Source: Pseudomonas aeruginosa PAO1
GTDB taxonomy: Bacteria; Pseudomonadota; Gammaproteobacteria; Pseudomonadales; Pseudomonadaceae
Reading direction: 5' to 3' (one strand)
DNA length: 64,000 nucleotides
Assembly: GCF_000006765.1 (NCBI RefSeq)
Contig: NC_002516.2
Under the pieces are notes generated by a model that was not told the origin of the DNA, did not search any database, and saw only the letters and a program-made list of their open reading frames with translations. The translations under genes were made by a program, and so were the position numbers. Every line of letters starts with the position of its first letter. Within the stretch, counting starts at the first letter, position 1. Positions 20,838 through 31,207 of the stretch are shown piece by piece.

Positions 20838-22595
20838 CTATCCGCCAGCCGCCGGCTCCCGCGAGGACGAGGTCCCCAACGCCAGTCCCGGCTCGGCGCC
20901 GCGCTTGAGCACGGCGTAGAGCAGCCCGGTAAGCAGGCTGCCGGCGACGATCGCCAGCAGGTACGCCAGGGCGTGGTTGATCGCGTTGGGCACCAGCATC
21001 ACGAACAACCCGCCGTGAGGCGCCTGCAACTTGCAGCCGAAATACATCGACAGGGCGCCGGTCAGCGCGCCGCCGGCGATGCTCGCCGGGATCACCCGCA
21101 ACGGGTCCTTGGCGGCGAACGGGATGGCGCCTTCGGAGATGAAGCACAGCCCCAGCACCGAGGCTGCCTTGCCGGCCTGCCGCTCGCTCTCGGCGAACTT
21201 GCGCCGCGCCAGCAGGGTCGCCAGGCCCATGCCGATCGGCGGCACCATGCCCGCCGCCATCACCGCTGCCATCGGCGCGTAGCTGTGCGACGAGAGCAGG
21301 CCGACGGAAAAGGCGTAGGCGGCCTTGTTGACCGGTCCGCCGAGGTCGACGCACATCATCCCGCCGAGCAGCAGGCCGAGGAGGATGGCATTGGAGGTAC
21401 CCATGCCGTCGAGGAACCCGGTCAGTGCCGCGAGCATCCCGGCCACCGGCTTGCCGACCACGTAGAGCATCAGCAGGCCGGTGACCAGGCTGGCCAGCAA
21501 CGGGATGACCAGGATCGGCTTCAGCGCTTCCAGGCTCGCCGGCAGCCTCAGCCCGTGGCTGATGGCCCGCGCCGCATAGCCGGCGATGAAGCCGGCGACT
21601 ATCCCGCCGATGAACCCGGCGCCGAGGGTCCCGGCGAGCAGGCCGCCGAGCATGCCCGGCGCCAGGCCCGGGCGGTCGGCGATGGAATAGGCGATGTAGC
21701 CGGCGAGCATCGGCACCATCAGGACGAAAGCCGTGTCGCCGACCGTCCTCAGCACCGCCGCCAGGCTGCCCGGCTGCTTGTAGGCATCGATGCCGAAGGC
21801 CAGCGACAGGGCGATCAGCAGGCCGCCCGCGACCACCATCGGCAACATGAACGACACCCCGGTCAGCAGGTGCTTGTACACCCCGCGCTTCTCGTCCCTG
21901 GCGACCACCGCGCTGGCTGCGCCCGCGCTCTCGACCTGCCCTTCCGCCAGCGCCCGCTCGAGCGTCGCGCGGGCCTGCTTGAGGGCCACGCCGGTGCCGC
22001 AACGGTAGATCTTCTTGCCGGCGAAACGGGCCGTGTCCACGTCGATGTCGGCGGCCAGCAGGACCACGTCGGCGGCGGCGATGTCCGCCGGGTCGAGCGG
22101 GTTGCGCGCGCCGACCGAGCCCTGGGTCTCGACCTGCAACGCGAAGCCCAGTTGCCCCGCCGCGAGCTGCAACGCCTCGGCGGCCATGAAGGTGTGCGCC
22201 ACGCCGGTCGGACAGGCGGTCACCGCGACAATCCGCGGTGCCGCTCCGGCCTCCGGCGCAACCAGGCCGGCCTCGTCCCCGGCGACCTCCACGCTCGCCA
22301 GGGCGGCGGCCCGCTGGAGGAAGGCGCGCGGATCGGCCAGCGCCTCGGCGGGACGCGCGCGATACACCGGCTTGCCGACGAAACGCGCCGCCGCCAGCGG
22401 CTCGACGCCGACCAGCAGGACCCAGTCGGCTTCGGCGATCTGTTCGGCGCTCAGTTCGCCCTCGGGCCTCGACCCGGCATTCGCCTCGACGCAGGTTTCC
22501 CAGCCCAGGCGCTCGGCGGCGCCCCGCAGCAGGCGCGCGGCGAGCACGCTGGTGACCTGTCCGCCAGGGCAGGCGGTGACGATCGCTAGTTTCAT
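20838..22595 (-). CDS. fruA: PTS fructose-specific EIIB'BC FruA (585 aa)
   Basis: Two IIB domains (VTACPGG, VTACPTGVAHTFM); IIC with DLGGPVNK and ISEGAIPF. Confidence 0.96.
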   Translation of the reverse strand: MKLAIVTACPGGQVTSVLAARLLRGAAERLGWETCVEANAGSRPEGELSAEQIAEADWVLLVGVEPLAAARFVGKPVYRARPAEALADPRAFLQRAAALASVEVAGDEAGLVAPEAGAAPRIVAVTACPTGVAHTFMAAEALQLAAGQLGFALQVETQGSVGARNPLDPADIAAADVVLLAADIDVDTARFAGKKIYRCGTGVALKQARATLERALAEGQVESAGAASAVVARDEKRGVYKHLLTGVSFMLPMVVAGGLLIALSLAFGIDAYKQPGSLAAVLRTVGDTAFVLMVPMLAGYIAYSIADRPGLAPGMLGGLLAGTLGAGFIGGIVAGFIAGYAARAISHGLRLPASLEALKPILVIPLLASLVTGLLMLYVVGKPVAGMLAALTGFLDGMGTSNAILLGLLLGGMMCVDLGGPVNKAAYAFSVGLLSSHSYAPMAAVMAAGMVPPIGMGLATLLARRKFAESERQAGKAASVLGLCFISEGAIPFAAKDPLRVIPASIAGGALTGALSMYFGCKLQAPHGGLFVMLVPNAINHALAYLLAIVAGSLLTGLLYAVLKRGAEPGLALGTSSSREPAAGG

Positions 22596-22596
22596 C

Positions 22597-23541
22597 TCAG
22601 GCCTCCTCGACCAATGGCTGTACCACGACGCCCGCTTCGATCCGCGCCAGGCGCTGCGGATCGCCGATGCCGAACTCGAACTGGGTCACCGCCAGGCTGG
22701 CGATGGCGGTGGCCTGACGCAGCACCCGCTCGGCCGGCCAGCCGCTGGCCAGCCCGTGCAGCATGCCGGCCAGCAGGGAATCGCCGGCGCCCACCGTGCT
22801 GGCCACTTCCACCGCCGGCGGCCGCGCCTGCCAGGCACCCTCGGCGGCGAACCAGTTGACCCCCGCGGCGCCCTGGGAAATCACCACCTGGCCTACCCCG
22901 TCATGGCGCAGACGTTCGGCCGCCTGGCGCTGTGCGACCAGGTCATCCATCGGCGCCGAGCAGAGATCGGCCAGTTCCTCGACGTTCGGCTTGATCATCC
23001 ACGGCGCAGCCTTCACACCTTCGCGCAGGGCCGCGCCGCTGCTGTCGAAGGCGACCTTCAGGCCGAGGCGCCGCAAGCGCCGCAGCAGTTCGCCCAGCCA
23101 TTCCGGCTCGACCCCGCGCGGCAGGCTGCCGGCGACCACCGCCAGCTCGTGCTCCCCGGCAAGCCGGTCGAGGCGTTCGAGCAACGCCGCCTGGGCTCGC
23201 TCGTCGGCCTCCGGGCCCGGCCCGTTGAGGTCGCTGACGCGCCCGCCGCGCTCGGCCAGCTTGATGTTGCTGCGGGTTTCGCCCGGCACCCGGACGAACG
23301 CATCGGCGAAGCCACGACGCTGGAACATGGCGGTGAACGGCGGCTGGTTGTCTTCGCCGAGGAAGCCGCTGACCGTCAACCGATGGCCGAGATCGGCAAG
23401 CACCTGGGCGACGTTCAGACCCTTGCCGGCGGCCTGGGTCAGCACCGCCTCGCTGCGGTTAACCGCCCCCAGTTCCAGCTGGCGCAGGCGCACGGTGAGG
23501 TCCAGCGCCGGGTTCAGGGTAATCGTCAGGATCCGCGCCAT
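22597..23541 (-). CDS. fruK: 1-phosphofructokinase FruK (314 aa)
   Basis: PfkB motifs TITLNPALD, AGKGLNV, STVGAGDS; ATG 23541 overlaps fruI TAA. Confidence 0.95.
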   Translation of the reverse strand: MARILTITLNPALDLTVRLRQLELGAVNRSEAVLTQAAGKGLNVAQVLADLGHRLTVSGFLGEDNQPPFTAMFQRRGFADAFVRVPGETRSNIKLAERGGRVSDLNGPGPEADERAQAALLERLDRLAGEHELAVVAGSLPRGVEPEWLGELLRRLRRLGLKVAFDSSGAALREGVKAAPWMIKPNVEELADLCSAPMDDLVAQRQAAERLRHDGVGQVVISQGAAGVNWFAAEGAWQARPPAVEVASTVGAGDSLLAGMLHGLASGWPAERVLRQATAIASLAVTQFEFGIGDPQRLARIEAGVVVQPLVEEA

Positions 23542-26411
23542 TACTGCACCTCCGCTTCCACCAGGGCCCGGACCTCGGCGGCGCTCGCCAGGCCCAGGGC
23601 TTTGCGGGCCAGGCCGCGCGCAGCGACCAGCTGCAGTTCGCGCACGCCGGCCTTGACCAGGGCGATGCTGCGCGCCGAGACGCTCAGCTCGTCCACTCCC
23701 AGGCCGACCAGCAGCGGCAACGCCAGCGGGTCGGCCGCCAGTTCGCCGCAGACGCCGACCCACTTGCCCTCGGCGTGGGCGGCGCGGACGGTCATGTCGA
23801 TCAGTTGCAGCACCGCCGGATGCAGACCGTCGGCCTGGGCCGAAAGACTCGGGTGGCCGCGATCGATAGCCAGGGTGTACTGGGTCAGGTCGTTGGTGCC
23901 GACGCTGAAGAAGTCCACCTCGCGGGCCAGCACCGGCGCGAGCAACGCCGCCGAGGGCACCTCGACCATGATCCCCAGTTGCAGGTCGGCCAGCGGGATT
24001 TCCTCGCGCAGGCGCAGCGCCAGGTCACGCGCCTGGCGCCATTCGTCGAGGCTGCCGACCATCGGGAACATCACCCGCAGCGGCCGCTCCCCGGCGGCGC
24101 GGAACAGCGCGCGCAACTGGGTCTCGAGGATCTGCGGTCGCTGCAGGGTCAAGCGGATACCGCGCAGGCCCAGATAGGGATTCTCTTCGTGGGGAATCGG
24201 CCAGTACGGCAGCGGCTTGTCCCCGCCGACATCCAGGGTCCGCGCCACCAGCGGACGTCCGTCGAGGGCGTCGAGCACCCGACGGTATTCCGCTTCCTGG
24301 GTCGCCAGGTCCGGCGCGCGGGCGTTGTTCATGAAGACGAACTCGGTGCGCAGCAGGCCAACGCCCTCGGCGCCCAGCTCCACCGCGCGCGCGGCGCCGG
24401 CGGTGTCGCCAAGGTTGGCGCAGACTTCCACCGCGTGGCCATCGCGGGTCCGCGCAGGCTCCAGCCGCTGCGCGTCGGCGCGGGCCTGGCGCTGCTGGCG
24501 GGCGTCGCGCTCGGCGGCGGCCTGCTGCAACTGTTCGGTGCTCGGCGCCACCTGCAGCCAGCCGTGCTCGCCATCCAGCAGCAGTGCCGTGCCAGGCTCC
24601 AGGCCGAGCACCGCCGCGCCGGCGCCGACCAATGCCGGAATGCCGAGGGCGCGGGCGATGATCGCGCTGTGCGAAGTGGCGCCGCCGCGCGCCGTGAGGA
24701 TGCCGGCGACCCGCTGGGCGTCGAGGCGGGCGACATCGGAGGGGCCGACCTCGTCCATCACCAGGATGTACGGCTGCTCCGGCTCGCGCGGCGCCTCCAC
24801 CCCGCAGAGCCTGGCCAGCACCCGCCGGCCGAGGTCGCGGAGGTCGGCGGCGCGCTCGGCGAGCAGCGCGTCGTGCAGCGCCTCCTGTTGCGCCGCGCTG
24901 TCTTCCACCACCCGACTCCAGGCCGCTTCGGCGCTTTCGCCGCGATTCAGGCGCAGTTGCACCTGCTCGGCCAGTTCCGGATCGTCGAGCATCTCCCGGT
25001 GGGTGACGAAAATCTCGCGGATCGCCTTCACCGTGCTGCGTTCGACCAGGCCGACGATCTCCTCGTCCACCGCCCGCTTGGCCCGCAGCAGGCGCTCGCG
25101 TTCATGGGCCGGTGACTCGCCGCGCGGCTGGAACTCGAAGCGCTGCGCCACCTGGACATGCGCCGGACCACTGGCGATGCCCGGCGACGCGGCGATTGCC
25201 TGCAGGCGCTCGCCGGCGCGCAGCGGCGCCGGCCGGGCATCCTCTTCCGCCTCGCCGACGGCATCGGGCAAGGCCTCCTCCGCCAGCGCTTCGACCTCCT
25301 CGCCGAGCCCCTCGCGCACCGCGGCCAGCAAGGCTGGCAGCGCGTCCTCGGCGATCGCCGGCTCGGCGCTGAACTCCAGCGTCTGGCCGCGTCGCGCGCC
25401 GAGGGCGAGCAGCTTGCTCAGGCTCTTCGCCGAGACGGGGGCCGCCTCACTGTCGGCCAGGCGTACCCGGATCTCGCCGGCGAAACCCTTGGCCAGCTGC
25501 GCCAGCGCCTGCGCCGGGCGGGCATGCAGGCCATGCGGGTTGGCCAGGACCGCTCGCGCGCTGGGCCAGTCCGGCGGCAGCTCGCCACCGAGCGCCGCGA
25601 GTACGCTGCGGCTGCTGGTGGCGCGCACCAGCTCGGCGCCACGCCCTTCCAGCAACAGGTCGCACAGGCGTTCGAGCAGCGCCTGGTGCGCTTCGCCCAG
25701 GCTGGCCAGGCAGAACAGCCCGGTGACCAGTTGCCCCTGGTGCTGCAACGGTTGCGCCGGAGTGACGAAGGCCAGCCCGGGGCGCTTCACCAATTGTTCG
25801 CTGTGCAACCAGCACAGCCCGTCGCCCAGCGGCAACGGTTCGGTCTGCTGGAGCACGGCGGCGAAGCCGTTCTCCACGCAGCCGGCCTTCTTCAACAGGC
25901 GCGCGCCGAGCCAGGCCAGTTCGTCGAGGTCCTCGGCGTTCTGGCCGAGGCCGACCAGTTGTGCGTCCAGCGCCAGTTCCTGCGGCGCGCCCTGCAACAG
26001 GCCGAGGACTTCCTCGGCGCTGGCGGCCGCGCTCAGCGCCGGTCCCAGGTCGGCCTCGCCGAGGGCGCGGGTGAGCAATTGCAGGAGCTGCAGGTGTTCG
26101 TCGGACTTCGCCGCGATGCCGATGGCCAGGTAGACCTGCTGGCCATCGCCCCAGTCCACTCCCTCGGGGAATTGCAGCAGGCGCACACCGGTGCTGAAGA
26201 CCAGCTCGCGGGTATCCGGGGTCCCATGGGGTATGGCGATGCCCTGGCCGAGGTAGGTGGAGCCTTGTGCCTCGCGCGCCTTCAGGCCCTCGGCATAGCC
26301 GGGCGCGGCCAGGCCGTCGGCGACCAGCGCCGCGCCGAGCAGGCGCAGGGCTTCGGCCTTGTCCGCGGCGCGCTGGCCCATGCGGATCTGCCGGGTATCG
26401 AGTTCGAGCAT
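23541..26411 (-). CDS. fruI: Multiphosphoryl transfer protein EIIA-HPr-EI (956 aa)
   Basis: IAIPHG (EIIA), HGLHARPA (HPr), TSHSAI and GLLRTEF (EI). Confidence 0.95.
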   Translation of the reverse strand: MLELDTRQIRMGQRAADKAEALRLLGAALVADGLAAPGYAEGLKAREAQGSTYLGQGIAIPHGTPDTRELVFSTGVRLLQFPEGVDWGDGQQVYLAIGIAAKSDEHLQLLQLLTRALGEADLGPALSAAASAEEVLGLLQGAPQELALDAQLVGLGQNAEDLDELAWLGARLLKKAGCVENGFAAVLQQTEPLPLGDGLCWLHSEQLVKRPGLAFVTPAQPLQHQGQLVTGLFCLASLGEAHQALLERLCDLLLEGRGAELVRATSSRSVLAALGGELPPDWPSARAVLANPHGLHARPAQALAQLAKGFAGEIRVRLADSEAAPVSAKSLSKLLALGARRGQTLEFSAEPAIAEDALPALLAAVREGLGEEVEALAEEALPDAVGEAEEDARPAPLRAGERLQAIAASPGIASGPAHVQVAQRFEFQPRGESPAHERERLLRAKRAVDEEIVGLVERSTVKAIREIFVTHREMLDDPELAEQVQLRLNRGESAEAAWSRVVEDSAAQQEALHDALLAERAADLRDLGRRVLARLCGVEAPREPEQPYILVMDEVGPSDVARLDAQRVAGILTARGGATSHSAIIARALGIPALVGAGAAVLGLEPGTALLLDGEHGWLQVAPSTEQLQQAAAERDARQQRQARADAQRLEPARTRDGHAVEVCANLGDTAGAARAVELGAEGVGLLRTEFVFMNNARAPDLATQEAEYRRVLDALDGRPLVARTLDVGGDKPLPYWPIPHEENPYLGLRGIRLTLQRPQILETQLRALFRAAGERPLRVMFPMVGSLDEWRQARDLALRLREEIPLADLQLGIMVEVPSAALLAPVLAREVDFFSVGTNDLTQYTLAIDRGHPSLSAQADGLHPAVLQLIDMTVRAAHAEGKWVGVCGELAADPLALPLLVGLGVDELSVSARSIALVKAGVRELQLVAARGLARKALGLASAAEVRALVEAEVQ

Positions 26412-26648
26412 GGAAACCTCCTCAGGAGCGAACGGCTCCCCGTCTCACGTCCGGATCGTCCCGCCGCGCCGAGGCGCGGGCGCGGGATGTGCCGGCGGTA
26501 GCGGAAAGCGGCTCGCGGGAGCCTTCCGTACAGCCAGGGGCGGTGATCCGCTTGTTGTCATTGACCTGCCATAGCGTAGGCGGCGCCGCGTTCGGGCTGC
26601 GCGAGGCAGCCTGGGGCAGGGGGCGCCGGCTTCGCCGGAATCTTTTGC

Positions 26649-26660
26649 TGAATCGATTCA
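26649..26660. promoter_or_regulatory. Cra/FruR operator
   Basis: Perfect palindrome TGAATCGATTCA between divergent fruI and fruR; fits the Cra consensus. Confidence 0.8.
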
Positions 26661-26738
26661 CTTAATTAAATTGGCACGTTACCCGATAATGATTGATCCT
26701 TGAAGCCCAACTTGTCGTCGCCTCCAGTAGAGATCGGT

Positions 26739-27728
26739 TTGAAACTCAGTGATATCGCCCGCCTGGCCGGGGTCTCGGTGACCACCGCCAGCTACGTCAT
26801 CAATGGCAAGGCCGCCCAGCGGCGCATCAGCGCCGCCACCGTCGAGCGCGTGCTTGCCGTGGTCGAGGAACACGGCTACCAGCCGGACCAGCAGGCCGCC
26901 GGCCTGCGCCGCGGGCAGACCCGCACCCTCGGCTTCATCCTCCCGGACCTGGAAAACCCCAGCTACGCCCGCCTCGCCAAGCAACTCGAACAAGGCGCCC
27001 GGGCGCGCGGCTACCAGTTGCTGATCGCCTGCTCCGACGACGAGCCGGAGACCGAGCGCCAGGTGGTCAACCTGTTCCGCGCGCGCCGCTGCGACGCGCT
27101 GATCGTCGCCAGTTGCCTGCCGGCCGGGGATGATACCCATGCCCGGCTGGTCGCCGAAGGCCTGCCGGTGGTGGCCATCGACCGCCAGCTCGACCCGCAG
27201 CGCTTCGCCTCGGTGATCAGCGACGACCAGGACGCCGCGCGCCGCCTCACCGAAACCCTGTTGCAACCGGCGCCGCGCCATATCGCCCTGCTCGGCGCGC
27301 GGGCGGACCTGATCATCAGCCACGACCGCGCCGCCGGCTTCCGCCAGGCGCTGAAGGACTTCCGCGGCGAGGTCATCGTCGAGCATGCCGAGGTGTTCAG
27401 CCGCGAGTGCGGACGCCGCCTGATGGAGCAATTGCTCGAGCGCCTGGGCTACCTGCCCGACGCCCTGGTGACCACTGCCTATGTACTCCTCGAAGGCGTC
27501 TTCGATGTGTTCCAGGCGCGCGCCGACGGTTGGCCCGAAGGCTTGCGGGTGGCGACCTTCGGCGACACCCAGTTGCTCGACTTCGTGCCGCTGAAGGTCA
27601 ACTCGATCTACCAGCAGCACGCGCTGATCGCCGCCAACGCCCTCGAACTGGCGCTCCGTGCGGTCGAGGAGAACGACTACCGGCCGGGCCTGCACGCCGT
27701 CCCCCGGCAACTCAAGCTGCGCGACTGA
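26739..27728 (+). CDS. fruR: LacI-family fructose repressor FruR/Cra (329 aa, TTG start)
   Basis: MKLSDIARLAGVSVTTASYVING HTH; sugar-binding domain. Confidence 0.93.
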   Translation: MKLSDIARLAGVSVTTASYVINGKAAQRRISAATVERVLAVVEEHGYQPDQQAAGLRRGQTRTLGFILPDLENPSYARLAKQLEQGARARGYQLLIACSDDEPETERQVVNLFRARRCDALIVASCLPAGDDTHARLVAEGLPVVAIDRQLDPQRFASVISDDQDAARRLTETLLQPAPRHIALLGARADLIISHDRAAGFRQALKDFRGEVIVEHAEVFSRECGRRLMEQLLERLGYLPDALVTTAYVLLEGVFDVFQARADGWPEGLRVATFGDTQLLDFVPLKVNSIYQQHALIAANALELALRAVEENDYRPGLHAVPRQLKLRD

Positions 27729-27738
27729 GCCGGCCGCC

Positions 27739-28518
27739 ATGCGCCTGGTCGACACCCACAACCACCTCGACTTCCCGGACTTCGACGCCGACCGCGCCGC
27801 GCTGCTGCAACGCAGCCGCGCGCTGGGGGTCGAGCGCCAGGTGGTGCTCGGCGTCTACCGCGAGAACTGGCAACGGGTCTGGGACCTGGCGCAGGCCGAG
27901 GATGGCCTGTACGCGGCGCTCGGCCTGCACCCCGTCTACCTGGCGCGGCACCGCCCGCAGCACCTGGACGACCTGCGCCAGTGGCTGCAACGCCTGCGCG
28001 GCGAGACGAAGCTCTGCGCGGTCGGCGAGATCGGCCTGGACTACTACCTGGAACACCTCGACCGCGACGCCCAGCAGGCGCTGTTCGAGGCCCAACTGCG
28101 GCTGGCCGCGGAATTCCGCCTGCCGGCGCTGATCCACGTGCGCCGCGCCCACGCGGCGACCATCGCCACCCTCAAGCGCATCCGCCTGGAGCGCCGTGGC
28201 ATCATCCATGCCTTCGCCGGCAGCCGCGAGGAAGCCCGCGAGTACCTCAAGCTCGGCTTCCGCCTCGGCCTCGGCGGCGCGCCGACCTGGCCGCAGGCCA
28301 ACCGCCTGCGCAAGGTGGCGGCGGAGCTGCCGGCCGAGGCCATCGTGCTGGAAACCGATGCGCCGGACATGGCGCCATCGATGCATCCCGGCCAGCGCAA
28401 CAGTCCGGAGCACCTGCCGGACATCTGCCGCGCCCTCGCCGAGCTGCGCGGGGTCGACGCCGAGGAACTGGCGGCGAGCAGCAGCCGCAACGCCGCCGAG
28501 CTGTTCGGCTGGGACTGA
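27739..28518 (+). CDS. TatD-family DNase / metallo-hydrolase (259 aa)
   Basis: DTHNH, GLHP, VGEIGLD, LETDAP motifs. Confidence 0.92.
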   Translation: MRLVDTHNHLDFPDFDADRAALLQRSRALGVERQVVLGVYRENWQRVWDLAQAEDGLYAALGLHPVYLARHRPQHLDDLRQWLQRLRGETKLCAVGEIGLDYYLEHLDRDAQQALFEAQLRLAAEFRLPALIHVRRAHAATIATLKRIRLERRGIIHAFAGSREEAREYLKLGFRLGLGGAPTWPQANRLRKVAAELPAEAIVLETDAPDMAPSMHPGQRNSPEHLPDICRALAELRGVDAEELAASSSRNAAELFGWD

Positions 28519-28821
28519 TCAAGCGTCGCGCAGGACTTCCGGCGCCAGTTGCGGGTACGTCTCGCGCAACGCCTCCAGGCAGGCCGAAAGCTGCGCCGCT
28601 TCCTCCGGCAGGCGCCGGGCGAAGTCGCTCCAGCCTTGCAGACGCAATCGCCGGGGCATCGGCACCAGGCCGCTGATGGCGTCCCAGAAGGCATCCCAGT
28701 TGCATCCGTACCACGGCGGCAACGCCAGGGCCTCGCGCAGGCGTTCGTGCAAGCGCGCGGCGCTGTCCACGTCCGCCAGCTCGATGGCCAGGCTCGCCGC
28801 CCGGTTCAGTTCCTCGTCCAT
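28519..28821 (-). CDS. Barstar-family ribonuclease inhibitor, orphan (100 aa)
   Basis: ATG 28821 behind GGAGG; LHERLREALALPPWYGCNWDAFWDAISG matches the barstar signature; hidden at the end of track ORF 28519..29400. Confidence 0.82.
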   Translation of the reverse strand: MDEELNRAASLAIELADVDSAARLHERLREALALPPWYGCNWDAFWDAISGLVPMPRRLRLQGWSDFARRLPEEAAQLSACLEALRETYPQLAPEVLRDA

Positions 28822-29726
28822 GGAGCCTCCGCCAGCAATGCGTCGCAACGCTCGCGCACGAACGCGCGCAAGAGGGTCACCGGACGGGTCAACTGGGCGC
28901 GGTGGGTACACAAGAGGTTCATCGGCGTCGCTTCGCCCTGCCACTCCGGCAGCAGCAGGCGCAGGCGCCCGGCGCGCACGTCCTCGGCCACGTCCAGCCA
29001 GGACTTGTAGACCAGCCCCTTGCCGGCCAGGGCCCAGCGCCGCACCACGTCGGCGTCGTCGCAGACCCGGTCGCCGGCGACCGTCAGGGTCAGGCTGCGG
29101 CGGCCCCGCTGGAACGCCCAGCGGTCGTGTACCCGGCCGCCGAGTTGGTAGAGCAGGCAATTGTGCTCGCGCAGGTCGTCCGGCTGGCGCGGCTCGCCGC
29201 GCTCCGCCAGGTAGCCCGGCGCGGCGCAGAGCACTCGCCGGTTGTCCGGCGCCAGCGGCAGGGCGACCAGGCTGGAGTCGGCCGGTGCGCCGTAGCGGAT
29301 CGCCACGTCCACCGGTTGCCGGTAGAGATCGGTCACCCGGTCGCCGAGCAGCAGGCGCAGGCTCAGTTGCGGATAGCGCGCCTGGAACTCGTCGAGCCAT
29401 GGCAGCAGCAGGTTGCGGCCGAAGTCGGAGGGCGCGGAAAGCTGCAGTACCCCGGCGATCTGGTCCTTGCCGCCCTGCAGCAACCGGCGCCCCTCCTCCA
29501 GGCTGCGCAACGAGGCGCGGGCATGCAGGAGGAACGCGTCGCCCTCGGGAGTCAGGCGCAGGCTGCGGGTGGAGCGGGCGAACAGGCGTACCTCCAGCTC
29601 GCTTTCCAGGCGCTTCAGCGCCGCGCTGGCCACCGCCGGGGAAATCTCCAACTGGCGCGCGGCGGCGGACAACGAGCCGCTGTCGCTGGTGTGGACGAAC
29701 ACCTGGAGGTCGTCGTAACGCAGCAT
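28806..29726 (-). CDS. LysR-family regulator (306 aa)
   Basis: N-terminal wHTH (SGSLSAAARQLEISPAVASAALKRLE); start at ATG 29726. Confidence 0.93.
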   Translation of the reverse strand: MLRYDDLQVFVHTSDSGSLSAAARQLEISPAVASAALKRLESELEVRLFARSTRSLRLTPEGDAFLLHARASLRSLEEGRRLLQGGKDQIAGVLQLSAPSDFGRNLLLPWLDEFQARYPQLSLRLLLGDRVTDLYRQPVDVAIRYGAPADSSLVALPLAPDNRRVLCAAPGYLAERGEPRQPDDLREHNCLLYQLGGRVHDRWAFQRGRRSLTLTVAGDRVCDDADVVRRWALAGKGLVYKSWLDVAEDVRAGRLRLLLPEWQGEATPMNLLCTHRAQLTRPVTLLRAFVRERCDALLAEAPWTRN

Positions 29727-29783
29727 TTTCAAGATTCCTTTGAAAGAGTCTTCCCTGATAGCCTGTTTTTCAGCGATTTGAAA
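29727..29783. promoter_or_regulatory. Two related palindromes in the divergent LysR/monooxygenase promoter
   Basis: TTTCAA-N7-TTGAAA (29727-29745) and TTTCA-N6-TGAAA (29768-29783). Confidence 0.55.
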
Positions 29784-29821
29784 TAGCCCATCCTGACTCC
29801 GCCCCATCGAAGGAACCCACC

Positions 29822-30115
29822 ATGAGCACACCCCTCACCCTGATCGCCACCATCACCGCCGCCCCCGGCCACGCCGAGGCCCTGGAACGCGAATTGCGCG
29901 CCCTGGTCGCCCCGTCGCGCGCCGAGGCTGGTTGCCTGCAGTACGACCTGCACCAGGACCGCCACGACTCCCACCTGTTCTACATGATCGAGCAGTGGCG
30001 CGACGACGCCGCCCTGGAGCGGCACCAGAACACCGAACACTTCCTGCGCTTCAGCCGCGGCAACGAAGCCCTACTGCAGAACGTGAAGATCGACCAACTC
30101 TATCGCCTCGCCTGA
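29822..30115 (+). CDS. ABM-domain putative quinol monooxygenase (97 aa)
   Basis: SRAEAGCLQYDLHQD, IEQWRD, HQNTEHF pattern. Confidence 0.88.
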   Translation: MSTPLTLIATITAAPGHAEALERELRALVAPSRAEAGCLQYDLHQDRHDSHLFYMIEQWRDDAALERHQNTEHFLRFSRGNEALLQNVKIDQLYRLA

Positions 30116-30136
30116 GGCCCGTTTCCCGGAGTTCCC

Positions 30137-31150
30137 ATGAAAGCTGTCGGTTACTACCAATCCCTGCCCATCGACCATCCCGACGCCCTGCTCGACCTCG
30201 AACTGCCCGAGCCCACGCCGGGCCCGCGCGACCTGCTGGTGGAGGTCCGCGCCATCTCGGTCAACCCGGTGGATACCAAGGTCCGCCAGCGCGCCCAGCC
30301 GGAAGCCGGCCAGGCCAAGGTGCTGGGCTGGGACGCGGCGGGCGTGGTGCGCGCGGTCGGCAGCGAGGTCAGCCTGTTCCGTCCTGGCGATCGGGTCTGG
30401 TACGCCGGGGACATCACCCGCCCCGGTAGCAACAGCGAGCTGCATCGGGTCGACGAGCGCATTGCCGGGCACCTGCCGAAAAGCCTCGACTTCGCCCAGG
30501 CCGCGGCCCTGCCGCTGACCACCATCACTGCCTGGGAACTGCTCTTCGAGCGCTTGCAGATCGCCGAAGGCAAGGCCGACCAGGGCCAGAGCCTGCTGGT
30601 GGTCGGTGCCGCCGGCGGGGTCGGTTCGATCCTGGTCCAACTGGCCCGGCAACTGACCGGCCTGAACGTGATCGGCACCGCTTCGCGCGCAGAGACCCAG
30701 GCCTGGGTCCGCGACCTCGGCGCGCACCATGTGATCGACCACGGCAAGCCGCTGGCCGAAGAGCTGAAGCGGATCGGTGTCGCCGAGGTCAGCCACGTCG
30801 CCAGCCTGACCCACACCGACCAGCACCTCGAACAGATCGTCGCCGCGCTGCGCCCGCAAGGCCGCCTGGCGCTGATCGACGACCCGGCGTCGCTGGACAT
30901 CGGCAAGCTGAAGCAGAAGAGCCTGTCGCTGCACTGGGAGTTCATGTACACCCGCTCGATGTTCCAGACCGACGACATGATCGAGCAGCACCGGCTGCTG
31001 GAGCGGGTCGCCGGGCTGATCGACGAAGGCGTGTTGAAGACCACCGTCGGCGAGCATTTCGGCCGCATCGACGCGGCCAACCTGCGCCGCGCCCACGCGC
31101 TGCTGGAGAGCGGCCGGGCCAAGGGCAAGATCGTTCTCGAAGGGTTCTGA
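30137..31150 (+). CDS. MDR-superfamily quinone oxidoreductase / alcohol dehydrogenase-like protein (337 aa)
   Basis: AISVNPVDTK, VGAAGGVG, GKIVL motifs. Confidence 0.9.
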   Translation: MKAVGYYQSLPIDHPDALLDLELPEPTPGPRDLLVEVRAISVNPVDTKVRQRAQPEAGQAKVLGWDAAGVVRAVGSEVSLFRPGDRVWYAGDITRPGSNSELHRVDERIAGHLPKSLDFAQAAALPLTTITAWELLFERLQIAEGKADQGQSLLVVGAAGGVGSILVQLARQLTGLNVIGTASRAETQAWVRDLGAHHVIDHGKPLAEELKRIGVAEVSHVASLTHTDQHLEQIVAALRPQGRLALIDDPASLDIGKLKQKSLSLHWEFMYTRSMFQTDDMIEQHRLLERVAGLIDEGVLKTTVGEHFGRIDAANLRRAHALLESGRAKGKIVLEGF

Positions 31151-31207
31151 ACGGCAGGACCACGGGGCGCGGCGTTTTCCACCCTACCGCCGTGCCCCTG
31201 GCCTTTG

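Noticed and set aside
20823-26501. Plus-strand ORFs of 450-720 aa over the fru operon
   Set aside because: Antisense or off-frame to well-supported PTS genes; Ser/Ala/Arg-rich and motif-free
26671-26690. TTGGCAC as a possible sigma54 promoter before fruR
   Set aside because: No GC at the -12 position
28822-29400. Upstream 193 codons of track ORF 28519..29400
   Set aside because: Off-frame overlap with the LysR gene; only the last 100 codons have an RBS and a family signature
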